Part shown: in pieces, positions 10,260-20,129 of the stretch
Numbering within the stretch: the stretch's first letter is position 1
Layout of the letters: each line of letters opens with the position of its first letter
Translations under genes and position numbers: made by a program
Assembly (NCBI GenBank): GCA_963727005.1
Contig: CAVSEO010000001.1
Span: forward strand, 13,085-77,084
Direction: 5' to 3'
Length of the DNA stretch: 64,000 bases
Origin: an uncultured Chloroflexia bacterium
GTDB lineage: Bacteria; Chloroflexota; Limnocylindria; Limnocylindrales; CSP1-4
Notes under the pieces: generated by a model
Database searches by the model: none
Told to the model about the DNA's origin: nothing
The model's input: the letters and a program-made list of their open reading frames with translations, nothing else

Positions 10260-11607
10260 TTGGCCGCGCCCGCACAGCCACTCGCCGTCCCTCGGAGCGA
10301 CCTCGCCGCGGCTACCGTCGGCATCGAGCCTGTGCCGGCCCGTTTCCGTGTGCTCGGCTTCCTCGACTACTTCGTTCTGTGGGCCGACCTGGGCGTGGGC
10401 TTGCTGGTCCTTGCCGCCGGATCCTATCTGGTGCCGGGCCTGGGGCTGCCCGCAGGCGCTCGTGGCCATCGTCGTGGGCACTGCCGCGGGCAACCTGATG
10501 CTCGGTCTGGCCGGGGTCATCGGCAGCGAGCACGGCATTCCGTCCATGGTCAGCCTGCGGCCGAGCTTCGGCAGGCGCGGCAGCTACCTGCCCAGCCTGG
10601 TCAACGTCGTTCAGCTCGTCGGCTGGGGGGCCTTCGAGATCGTCATCATGGCCCAGGCCTCGTCCCGGCTGAGCGGCCCGATCCTGGGCCTGGCCAGCTA
10701 TCCGTTCTGGGCGCTGGGCTGGGGGGCGATCGTCATCCTGCTCGGCCTGGGCGGGCCGCTCGTCGTGGTCCGGCAGTGGCTCGAGAAGGTCGGGATCTGG
10801 CTGGTCCTGCTGACGATCTCCTGGATGGCCGTCTACGCGCTCACCCGAGGCGACCTTGGCAACATCTGGAACCGGCCCGGCGACGGGAGCCTCGGTTTCG
10901 CCCAGGCGATCGATCTCGTCGTGGCCATGCCGATCAGCTGGCTGCCGCTCGTGGCGGACTTCAACCGCTTCGCGAAGGATTCCCGGTCGTCGTTCGCGGG
11001 AACCGTGGCCGGGTTCGCCGTCGCGAACGTCGTCTGCTACGCCCTGGGGGCGGTTCTGATCCTGGTCCTGCCCTCGACGGACCTCATCGGTTCCATCATG
11101 ACGGTGGCGTTCGGTGCCGCGGGCCTGGTGCTCCTGCTCGGCGATGAGACGGACAACGCCTTCGCCGACGTCTACTCCAGCGCCATCTCCATCAAGAACG
11201 TCATTCCCGGCCTGCCCACGCGCGCCCTGGTGGCCGCGGTCGGCGGAACGTGTCTCGCTCTCGCGCTGACCGTCGATCTGGCCAGCTTCCAGGGGTTCCT
11301 GTACCTGGTCGGATCGCTGTTCACACCGCTCTTCGGCGTTCTGTTCGCCGACTACTTCCTGCTGCGCCGGCGGCGGTATACGAACGAGGACCTGTACCCG
11401 GTCAGCCTCCGAGGCGAGCTTCCCTGGGGCGTGAATCCGATCGCCCTGGTGGCCTGGGCCGCGGGCGTGGGCGCGTACCTGGCCGAGACGACCTATGTGG
11501 GCTGGCTGGGCGGGACACTACCCTCGCTGGGCGTGTCGATGGCCGTTTACCTGGTCGTGAGTCGGGCGATCGCGGTCGTCCGTCGAGCGCCCGAGCCGGT
11601 GAGATAG
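10260..11607 (+). CDS. cytX: NCS1-family permease, CytX-like putative hydroxymethylpyrimidine transporter; one frameshift as assembled near 10445
   Basis: About 12 hydrophobic segments. N-terminus in frame of ORF 10260..11147 (FLDYFVLWADLGVGLLVLAAGSYLV), remainder in ORF 10201..11607 (QALVAIVVGTAAGNLMLGLAGVIGSEHGIPSMV...). Last gene of the TPP-riboswitch operon. The precise substrate is inference. Confidence 0.65.
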
Positions 11608-11830
11608 CCGGGTCGGCAGCAGAGCCGCGTGGCTCGCCATCAGGGTGTCGCCAAATTGACACCCCGTCGATGCATCCAAACGCACTCGTTCGTCGAATAC
11701 TGTTGTGAGGGATAGGTGGACCTGTCCGGAGTCCTAATCGGAAGTACCACCGAAATCACGGTGTTTCGTCCCTCGGTGAAGCCGATACCTAGCATGTCGT
11801 CCAACTCGAACGAATGGTAGATTTCCAATC

Positions 11831-12388
11831 GTGACCGACCTCTCGCACCCAGCAATCCGGCGTGTTGTCGAGGCTGCCTCACGCAAGGGCGTCGCGCTCG
11901 ACATCACCGTTTTCAAGGACTCGACACGGACCGCCGAGGAAGCCGCCGCAACCGTGGGAGCGGAACTCGGCCAGATCGTCAAGTCGCTTGTCTTCGTGGC
12001 GCCGCGCCTCGACGGACGGCTGGTCCCGATCGTCTGCCTGGTCTCCGGCCGGAACCTCGTAGACCTCGGTCTGCTGGCCGCGGTTACCGGCGAGTCGGCG
12101 ATCCGGCGAGCCACGGCGACCGAGGTGCGGGACCTGACGGGCTTCTCCATCGGCGGCATCCCGCCTTTCGGCCACGGCCGGAACGTGCTGACGGTCATGG
12201 ATCAGGACCTCGGCGTCTACGAGTGGGTCTGGGCCGCTGCCGGCACCGACACCGCGGTCTTCCGCGTCTCTCCGGGCACTCTGCGAATGCTTGCCAATGC
12301 CTTCGTCGCCCCGATCGCCGAAACCGCGTGGATGCAACCGGCCCGCGCGAAGGCTGCCGAGCCGCGGCTCCAGTTCGAGGCCGGATAG
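11831..12388 (+). CDS. YbaK/EbsC-type aminoacyl-tRNA deacylase domain protein
   Basis: LGQIVKSLVFV..., VSGRNLVD, TGFSIGGIPPFGH motifs of the YbaK/ProX editing-domain family. Confidence 0.8.
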   Translation: MTDLSHPAIRRVVEAASRKGVALDITVFKDSTRTAEEAAATVGAELGQIVKSLVFVAPRLDGRLVPIVCLVSGRNLVDLGLLAAVTGESAIRRATATEVRDLTGFSIGGIPPFGHGRNVLTVMDQDLGVYEWVWAAAGTDTAVFRVSPGTLRMLANAFVAPIAETAWMQPARAKAAEPRLQFEAG

Positions 12389-12642
12389 AGGCCCGAGGCT
12401 CCGCTCCAGGCCGCCCCCGACTGTGGACAGTCGGTGGGAAACTCTCGTGGGGAACTACCCGACTAGGTGGATAAGCCCATTGCCCGGGCCATCCACGTGT
12501 CCTAGCTTGGTTGTACGCCCGAAGGGGTCGAGCGACTGCTAGCAGCCGAGATGACATCAAAGCTCACGCAGCGGGTAGGTTCCTTCGGGCGCTTTTGTTT
12601 GCCCGTCGCAAGCCCGGCAGCTGCGTTCGCTAGACTGCCAGG

Positions 12643-13830
12643 GTGCGAGTCCGCCAGTTCGAGCTTCGGCTTCTCGCCGTCGCACTGACGATCCTTTGGG
12701 CCGCGGGCGGCGGCGTGGTTCTGATCGCCTACCGGCCGGGCGGCCCCTTCGATCTGCTCGTAGGCATCGCGGCGTCCTTGCCGCTGCTGGTCAGCGTCGC
12801 CGCGATCGTCTGGCCGCCCCTCGTGCGCAGCGATGGGGGATCGGCCGGGGTCTTCTGGCTCGGTCTCGTGGCCGGGCTGCTGCTGCTGCCGTCGATCGCG
12901 GCCGTGATCGGGCAGGTCGTCGAGGGCGGCACTCAGGCTCTGGTGCCGTCCCTGGAAGTCGTCTACCCGTGGGTGCTGGCGCTTCTGGCGACGAGCCTCT
13001 TCGCCGGCCTCGGAATCAGCCGTCAGTTCATCAATGAGATCGGCGTGGGCAGGCGTCGCATGGCCGCATCGGTGGCATTCGCGGTGATCGCCACTTCGGT
13101 CATCGGCGGCATCTTCACCGGAGTCAGCCTGGCCGACGAGGCCGCCCTTCGCGACAGGCCGGCCCTCCACTCGAGATTCGGGCCGACGGCGGCGAACCTG
13201 GTGCCTCCGGAATGCACGAGCGCCCTGGTGAGCGCGACGAGCGCGAAGGTGGAGCTGGACCTCTGGGCGGACGTCGATGCCAGGTCGGTGGGAACGGTGA
13301 ATCTGACCGGGATCCGTTCCGGGACCGATGTCTCCTGGACTGCGCAGGTCGTCCGTGGCTCCGACCTCTTCGTCCAGTACGGAGCGGTGCGTCGGGGATC
13401 CGCCGCGTGGCTGCTCGAGCCAGGCGGCGCGTGGAATCGGGTCGCCGCGACCGAACTGGACGGCGACCTGGTGGATGCCTCAGCTCTGGCCGTGGCCTTG
13501 TCTCTCGGCAACCGGGCCACGGCCGAGAACCGCGGGTTCGAATACGTTGAAGGTGCGCGCGCTCGCCGTTGCCGCATCGCCGTGGACGGCGCCACGTTCC
13601 AGGCATCGTTCCCCCAGGTGGTCTGGCTCGTCGGGGATGCCAAGACCGCGGCCTGGCGAGGCGAGCTCGACTACTGGGTCTTCGGCGATGGGGAGGTGGG
13701 CAGGATCGAGGGCCGCGTCAACGGGGCTTCGCAGGAGATCCTGCCTCACGGCCTCCTGGCGACGGTCAACGTTCGGCTGACCGCGACGGACCGGGACTCC
13801 CCGATCTCGGTTTCGACGCCGCGCCCGTGA
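12643..13830 (+). CDS. hypothetical membrane protein (about 5 N-terminal TM helices plus extracytoplasmic domain)
   Basis: 395-aa ORF. Hydrophobic N-terminal 170 aa, then a soluble domain of normal composition. No family recognised. It ends 11 nt before the WYL regulator gene. Confidence 0.55.
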   Translation: MRVRQFELRLLAVALTILWAAGGGVVLIAYRPGGPFDLLVGIAASLPLLVSVAAIVWPPLVRSDGGSAGVFWLGLVAGLLLLPSIAAVIGQVVEGGTQALVPSLEVVYPWVLALLATSLFAGLGISRQFINEIGVGRRRMAASVAFAVIATSVIGGIFTGVSLADEAALRDRPALHSRFGPTAANLVPPECTSALVSATSAKVELDLWADVDARSVGTVNLTGIRSGTDVSWTAQVVRGSDLFVQYGAVRRGSAAWLLEPGGAWNRVAATELDGDLVDASALAVALSLGNRATAENRGFEYVEGARARRCRIAVDGATFQASFPQVVWLVGDAKTAAWRGELDYWVFGDGEVGRIEGRVNGASQEILPHGLLATVNVRLTATDRDSPISVSTPRP

Positions 13831-13840
13831 TCGATCGCGA

Positions 13841-14837
13841 ATGAACGCGCCGTCGGAGCCGCTCGATCGACCGGCCAAGCGCGATCGGCTGGCCCGCTTC
13901 TACCGGGTCATTCGGTACCTGGCCGCTCATCCGGAGGGTGCCGAAGTCGATGCGGTCGCCGGCTTCGTCGGCATGTCTCGCCGGACCGTCTACCGCGATC
14001 TCCAGGCCCTCGAGGGCGAGATCGGGATTCCGCTGTGGAGCGAAGGCGGCCGCTGGGGGATCGTGGAGGGCGCCTTTCTGCCGCCGCTGCGGCTGACGCT
14101 GGACGAAGCCGTGGCATTCTTCTTCGCCGCGCGCCTGACGGCCCAGTTCGCCGACCGATACGACCCGGACATGGGCGCGGCGTTCCAGAAGCTCGCCGAG
14201 ATCCTGCCGCCGGTCGTGGCCGGCCACCTGGAGCGGACCATCGACGTGCTGGCCAGCCGGCCGCCGGACCAGCGGTTGACCCGGCACCTGCGGCTGCTCG
14301 CTCGCGCCTGGGCTGGGCGTCGAGTCGTGGAGCTGACCTACAACGTGGCCGCTCACAGCCCGGGACGGCCGCCGAGGCGAGCGCGCGTGCATCCGTACCT
14401 GCTCGAGGCGTCGGCGACGACGCGGGCCCTTTACCTGATGGGCTTCGACGAATCGCGCGGCGCCGTGCGCACTTTCAAACTGCAGCGAATCATGGACCTG
14501 TCTCTCGCCCCCGAGACATTCGAGCCGCCTCGACTCCGCCGCCGTGCAGGAAGGGCTGGACCGCGCCTGGGGCGTAATCGCCGACCAGGACGAAGTGGAG
14601 GTCGTACTGAGGTTCGATCCGGCGATCGCCGGCCAGGTGACGGAGACAACCTGGCACCCCACGGAGCGAGTGGCGCCCCAGGCGGACGGAAGTGTCGTGT
14701 GGCGGGCCCGCGTTCCGGGCACCATCGAGATCAGGCGCTGGATCCTCTCGTGGGGTTCGCAGGTGCAGGTGCTCGAGCCGCCCGAGCTGCGCGACGAAGT
14801 GGCCGCCACCTACCGCGCCGCGGCGGCGCGGTACTGA
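13841..14837 (+). CDS. HTH-WYL-WCX transcriptional regulator; one frameshift as assembled near 14525-14545
   Basis: N-terminal DeoR-like HTH (VAGFVGMSRRTVYRDLQALEGEIGIPL), WYL core (RRVVELTYN...VHPYLLEA...LYLMGFDESRGAVRTFKLQRI). The C-terminal part continues in ORF 14544..14837 (WGVIADQDEVEVVLRFD...ILSWGSQVQVLEPPELRDEV). Confidence 0.8.
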
Positions 14838-14930
14838 CTCCCTGGGGCTAGGCTTGCGGCATGCAGGACGAGACGCCACGACCACGCCGCAGCCGGCGAC
14901 GGCTCCGGGACCCATCCGCTCCTGTGGGCC

Positions 14931-16355
14931 GTGAACCTGGTCAGCGACCCGATCCACGGCTACATCGAACTCACCAAGCGGCTTACGACCGATCGCGCTC
15001 GCCGGCTGGGACTGGCCGCCGAGGAAGCGGCCGAGGGCGACTCTGCTCGATTCGGCCTGGCTGCAGCGGATGCGGCGCATCAGCCAGCTCCAGAGCGCGC
15101 GCTGGGTCTTCCCCACGGCCGAGCACAGCCGCTTCACCCACAGCCTGGGCGTGATGCACGAGGCCGGGCTCTGGGCGCGCCACCTCTACCCGAGCCTGCG
15201 CGGCGAGCTGGCAGCCGCCGAACCGGCCGTCGAGCCGCCCTCCGAAGGCCTGGTCGTCGAAACGCATGCGGCTGGCCGGGCTCCTGCACGACGTGGGCCA
15301 CGGGCCGTTCGCCCACTTCTTCGACGAGCACGTCCTGTGCCACTTCCCCGCGCCGGCCGACCCGCGCCGGCCGGCACAAGAGCCTTACCCACGAGGACCT
15401 CTCGCAGCTGATCATCGAGCGCGAGCTGGGCGGACTGATCCGATCCATCCGGCGGGCGCCGGGGGCCGTCCCGGAGCGCGACGCCCTCCGGCCGGACGAG
15501 TCGATCGATCCGCGCTGGCTCTCGTTCCTGATCTCGAAGCCCGCCCTGACCGATCCGTCGATGCCGCGCTGGCTGCGCTGGCTCCAGCCGCTGCTGTCGG
15601 GCGTCTTCACGGTCGACAACCTGGACTACGTCCGCCGCGACTCGTACCTGATCGGCGTCTCCGACGGGGCCGGTCGAGGTGGAGCGGCTGCGCCGGTACA
15701 GCTTCGTGGGGCCGCGCGGGCTGTCGCTGTACGAGCCCGGTCTGGGGGCCCTGGAGATGTTCCTCACCGCCCGGCTGTTCATGTATCAGCAGATCTACTT
15801 CCACCGATCCGTCCGGGCGATCGACCTGGATCTGGCGGAGGTCTTCCGGCCGAGCATCCTGGCGATCTTCGGCGAGGGTTCGCCGGCCGACGAGCTGAGC
15901 CACTATGCCGATCTCGACGAATACGCCCTGCTGCACCAGGCGGCGCTGTGGGCTCGGGGCGAGGCGCTCTCGGAGCGGCCCGTCCCGGGCGACGGGACGG
16001 TCACGCCCGAAGTAGGGCGGGTCTGGCACGCGATCCTGCTTGCGCCGGCCGCGCTGGCACGCCGAGGCCGAGCTTCGGCGAGCGTACGAAGCCGCGCGAG
16101 CGGGACGCGGCCGTCGCTGGCGGCGCGGCGCGAGCTCGGGCATGACGAGGCCGGCGTCGTGGCGATCGATCTGGCCGAGGTGGACGCCCGGCCGGCCGAG
16201 GCCACGGCCACCGATTCGCTGCTGGCGGTGGTCGGGAGGGACGGGCCGTCCGGCGGCTCCTCTCAGCCAGGCCCTGGGCCGGATTGCCCGCCTACTCACT
16301 CGTGGCCAGGCGGTACCGGCGCATGCAGGCCGAGGGCCAGCTCGCCGAAGGCTAG
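14931..16355 (+). pseudogene. SAMHD1-like HD-domain (d)NTP triphosphohydrolase family (COG1078), multiply frameshifted as assembled
   Basis: Stitching three frames gives VSDPIHGYIELT / LLDSAWLQRMRRISQLQSARWVFPTAEHSRFTHSLGVMHEAG / LAGLLHDVGHGPFAHFFDEH / KSLTHEDLSQLII...VFTVDNLDYVRRDSYLIGVS / VERLRRYSF...LFMYQQIYFHRSVRAIDL.... At least 5 frame changes, probably about 8. Stop TAG at 16353-16355 shares CTAG with the convergent M23 gene stop. Confidence 0.75.
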
Positions 16356-17426
16356 GCCGGCGGCACGAGAGGGGGCTCGGGCGTCGGTGCCGGTGTCTCG
16401 GTCGGCGTGGGCTCGGGCGCCGGTGTATCCGTCGGCGTTTCCGTTGGAGTGGACACGGATGTGGCGGTCGGCGTGGGAGTTGCGCTCGAGGCCGGCGGGT
16501 TCGTCGGTGTCGGCTTCGCCGTCGGTCGCCTGGTCGGAGGCGGACAGCTCCTGGCCTGATACGGCATCAGCGCGACCATTTCCTCAACGTCGCAACGGAA
16601 CGGCAGGACCAGCAGCGGGTCGATGCGGGCAATCTCGGCCGGGGGCATCCGGTCGCGTTCGATCACTCCGGGATCGAGCGCGAACGTCCTGGTCTCCATG
16701 GGGCTGAAGATGCTGTAGTGGAGGTGGCAGCCGGTCGCGAGTCCGGTCCGGCCTTCGTAGCCGATGAGATCGCCGGCTTTGACCTGCTGGCCAGGCTGGA
16801 CGGTCAGGGCCGACTCATGGGCGTAGATGCTGCGGTAGCCGTTGCCGTCGTCGATGACGACGACAAGAGGAACGGTGTCCCAGAACTTGTGCTCCGTGAG
16901 CCAGTTGTAGTAGGGCGTCAGGTCGCCCTGCCAGCCGACGAAATCGTCGTAGTTGCGCCCGGCCGCCAGCACCACTCCGTCATGGGCCGCGTAAACCCCA
17001 GGCCCGCAGCCGGTCGAGATGTCGAGGCCGTCGTGGAACCTCTTGCCGCCCACGATCATCTCGCCCCAGTCCGTGGGCCCGAAAGGGAGCGTGACGTTGG
17101 CGTTGACGAGCGGCCATACGTAGCCGGTCAGCAGCTCGGCCGGCACGAGGGCAGGGGGCGTCGCCGGTGCATTGGCCGTTGGGGACGGGGCCACCGAGGC
17201 CGATGCGGCGGGGGCGGTCTGTGACGGCAGACGGCGACGGCGATGGCGACGGCGCGAGCACGAGCCAGGCGGCGTTGGCCGATACCGCTCCGCCGGAGCT
17301 GGCGTCCAGCCGGGGTCCGAGGACAAGCGTTGCACCGGCGACCGCGACCAGCCCGATAGCCAGGACCGCAACCCACACTCGCGGCCGGCCTGGCAATTCG
17401 CCGTGGAAAGGCCAGGCGAGGCGCAT
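16352..17426 (-). CDS. secreted M23-family metallopeptidase with C-terminal Pro/Thr-rich tail; one frameshift as assembled near 17225
   Basis: HDGLDIS, GYRSIYAHES, GDLIGYEGRTGLATGCHLHYSI (HxxxD / HxH zinc motifs). Signal-anchor N-terminus (MRLAWPF...VWVAVLAIGLVAVAGA) lies in the frame of ORF 16980..17603. Tail is KPTPTNPPASSATPTPTATSVSTPTETPTDTPAPEPTPTETP. Confidence 0.8.
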
Positions 17427-17576
17427 CCGACGACCGGGGCCGCTCACCGGGGCGTTGTAGCACGTCTGCCCGGCGCTTGTTAGCCGCTGCCGCACGGCCG
17501 CGCCACGGCGACGAGACGGTATCTGTCCCACTGCCCGGCCCGACGGGAGAGGTTGAACGTTCCCGCGTTCTATATG

Positions 17577-17606
17577 TGGACTGCCCGGCGACCCGCCACT
17601 CATAAT
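17577..17606 (+). promoter_or_regulatory. candidate sigma70-type promoter for cydAB (TGGACT - 18 nt - CATAAT)
   Basis: Hexamers read directly in a locally lower-GC stretch about 80 nt upstream of cydA. A GAACGTTC palindrome lies just upstream (17554-17561). Purely sequence-pattern based. Confidence 0.3.
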
Positions 17607-17686
17607 GCGGGCGACTAGTCCGGGGCTAGCTCCCTGTCGAGAGCGGCAATTCCGAAAGCCTTACCCGATCCACTTGAGGAGTGCGC

Positions 17687-19108
17687 GTGGACGTCGTCGA
17701 ACTGTCCCGAATCCAGTTCGCCCTGACCATCAGCTTCCATTTCGTCTTTCCCGCGGTGACGATCGGCCTGGCCGGACTGATCGCCATCGTGGAGACGATG
17801 CGGTGGCGGACCAAACGCGATGTCTACGACCGGCTGTCGGTCTTCCTCACGAAGCTGTTCGCCGTCACCTTCGTCATCGGCGTGGTGAGCGGCATCGTCA
17901 TGGAATTCCAGTTCGGCACCAACTGGTCCACCTTCTCGGGCTTCGTCGGCGACATCTTCGGAGCGCCCCTGGCCGCCGAAGGGATCTTCGCCTTCTTCCT
18001 CGAGTCGGCGTTCGTGGGCATCGTTCTCTTCGGCCGAAACCGGGTCGGCTCGACGGTACGCTGGATCGCCGGCCTTCTGGTTTGCCTGGGAACGACGCTT
18101 TCGGCCTTCTGGATCCTTGTCGCCAACTCGTGGATGCAGACGCCGGCCGGATTCAAGATCGTCACCGACGCGAACGGCGTCTCGAAGGCCCAGATGACCG
18201 ACTTCTGGCAGGCCATCTTCAATCCGTCAATCTGGCAGCGGTTCTTCCACACCATGGCGGCCTGCTGGGTCGTCGGGGCGTTCTTCCTCATGGGAATCTC
18301 GGCCTGGTACGTCCTGCGCCATCGCAACTCGGACGCGACCTCGATCGCGCTGCGGTTGGCGGTCGATAGTCGCGTTCTTCGGTTCGGGGCTCATGTTCGT
18401 CAGCGGCGATCTTCAGACCCGTGAGGTCCAGGCGAACCAGCCCCTCAAGTTCGCGGCGATGGAAGGCGTCTTCACGACATCCAACGGCGTGGCGCTGGAC
18501 ATCATCGGGTTGCCGCCCAGCCAGACCGGACCGGCCGCCATACCGCCGATCGCCATCCCGTACGGCCTCAGCGCAATGACCAATCTCGATCCGAACAGCC
18601 AGATCAAGGGCCTGGACCAGGAGCCGGACAAGTCCCTCTGGCCGCCGGTCGGCCTCACGTGGATGAGCTTCCACCTGATGGTGGGCCTGGGCGTCGTGAT
18701 GATGCTGCTGATGCTCTTCGGGGCCTTCTTCTGGTGGCGGCGCTCGCTCGAGACGAAGCGCTGGTGGCTGCGCCTCGCCGTTCTTGCGATCCCGCTGCCC
18801 ATCATCGCCGTCGAGCTCGGCTGGATGACCGCCGAGGTCGGCCGGCAGCCCTGGATCGTGCAGGGGCTGATGATGACGACCAAGGGGGTCTCGCCGGGCG
18901 TCTCGGCGACGGACGTGGGGATCTCGCTGATAGCGATCCTCGTGGTGTACGCGCTCCTTTTCTTCCTGTGGATCTACGCCCTGGTCAAGGAGATAGGGCG
19001 TGGGCCCGAGCTGGCCCCCTCCGCGCCGGTCGTGGCCGCTCCGGTCGTGGCCCCGCTCCGGTCGTGGCCGCCGCGCCGAAGGCCGGACGAGCAAAGGGAG
19101 GCCGCTGA
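17687..19108 (+). CDS. cydA: cytochrome bd ubiquinol oxidase subunit I; two frameshifts as assembled (near 18360 and the C-run at 19051-19054)
   Basis: VVELSRIQFALTISFHFVFPAVTIGLA, EGIFAFFLESAFVG, Q-loop and GRQPWIV motifs. Split between ORF 17681..18424 and ORF 18393..20129. True stop inferred as the TGA at 19106-19108 (frame of ORF 18659..19108), preceded by AAGGGAGG and followed by the cydB ATG. Confidence 0.9.
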
Positions 19109-19109
19109 C

Positions 19110-20129
19110 ATGCCTTCGCTGCAGACAGTCTGGTTCGTCCTGATCGGCCTGCTCCTGGTCGGCTATGCGGTTCTCGACGGCTTCGACCTGGGGGCAGGCA
19201 TCGTCCATCTCTTCGTCGCCCGCAACGACGAGGAGCGACGCAGCGTCCTGAACGCGATCGGTCCGGTCTGGGATGGCAACGAGGTCTGGCTGATCACGGG
19301 CGGTGGCGCTCTCTTCGCCGCCTTCCCGCTGGTGTACGCGACCGTCTTCTCGGGCTTCTACCTCGCCGTGATGCTGCTGCTCGGAGCGCTCATCCTTCGG
19401 GCGGTTTCGATCGAGTTCCGCAGCAAGGAGACCAACGGACTGTGGCGCCGGTCGTGGGACGCGGGTTTCGCGCTCGGATCGGCTCTGGCCGCGCTCCTCT
19501 TCGGCGTCGCCCTGGGCAACGTCGTGCGCGGCCTGCCGCTCGACGCAGGCGGCGTCTACCGTGGCGGCCTGGCGGGCCTGCTCAACCCGTTCGCGATCGT
19601 GATGGGCTTGCTGACCCTCGGATTGGCCGCTCAGCAGGGTTCGTCCTGGCTCGTCCTCAAGACGGAAGGAGCGCTCCAGGCCCGAGCCCGGATAGCCGGC
19701 CTTGCGGCCACGCTCCTGGTCGTCGCGGCCTGGATCGTGGCGACCGTGATCGCCTGGGGCGACTCCAACCGGATCTTCGACAACTTCGGGCGTACCCCTC
19801 TGGCCTGGACCGGTCCCGTGGCCGCCGCCATCGCCCTGGCGGCGATGCTTTATGCCTACCGCCGGCGGCGGGAACTCCTGGCGTTCCTCCTGTCCAGCGT
19901 GGTCGTCGCGGGGCTGGCCGTCACGGCCGGCGCGACCCTCTACCCCAACCTGGTTCCGGCGGTGGATGCGACCCGGAGCCTGACGGTGGACAACGCCCAC
20001 TCCTCGGACGTCACCCTCACGGTCATGCTCGTCGTGGCTCTCGTCGGCATGCCGATCGTGCTGGCCTATACGGGCTTCGTCTACTGGAAGTTCAAGGGCA
20101 AAGTCCAGCTGGACGAAGCCGGCTACTGA
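19110..20129 (+). CDS. cydB: cytochrome bd ubiquinol oxidase subunit II
   Basis: MPSLQTVWFVLIGLLLVGYAVLDGFDLGAGI, GPVWDGNEVWLI. RBS AAGGGAGG lies 10 nt upstream. Confidence 0.9.
   Translation: MPSLQTVWFVLIGLLLVGYAVLDGFDLGAGIVHLFVARNDEERRSVLNAIGPVWDGNEVWLITGGGALFAAFPLVYATVFSGFYLAVMLLLGALILRAVSIEFRSKETNGLWRRSWDAGFALGSALAALLFGVALGNVVRGLPLDAGGVYRGGLAGLLNPFAIVMGLLTLGLAAQQGSSWLVLKTEGALQARARIAGLAATLLVVAAWIVATVIAWGDSNRIFDNFGRTPLAWTGPVAAAIALAAMLYAYRRRRELLAFLLSSVVVAGLAVTAGATLYPNLVPAVDATRSLTVDNAHSSDVTLTVMLVVALVGMPIVLAYTGFVYWKFKGKVQLDEAGY

Noticed and set aside
8286-10547. 753-aa minus-strand ORF
   Set aside because: Antisense to thiE/thiL, whose translations carry unmistakable family motifs. The minus-strand product is Arg/Gly/Ala junk.
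11640-11882. 80-aa minus-strand ORF in the cytX-ybaK spacer
   Set aside because: It overlaps the ybaK-family gene start, lacks an RBS, and has atypical codon usage for this genome (AT-rich third positions).
18393-20129. A genuine CydA-CydB fusion protein
   Set aside because: The junction lies in a tandem repeat with an irregular C-run. The alternative frame gives a stop immediately followed by a canonical RBS-ATG for cydB.
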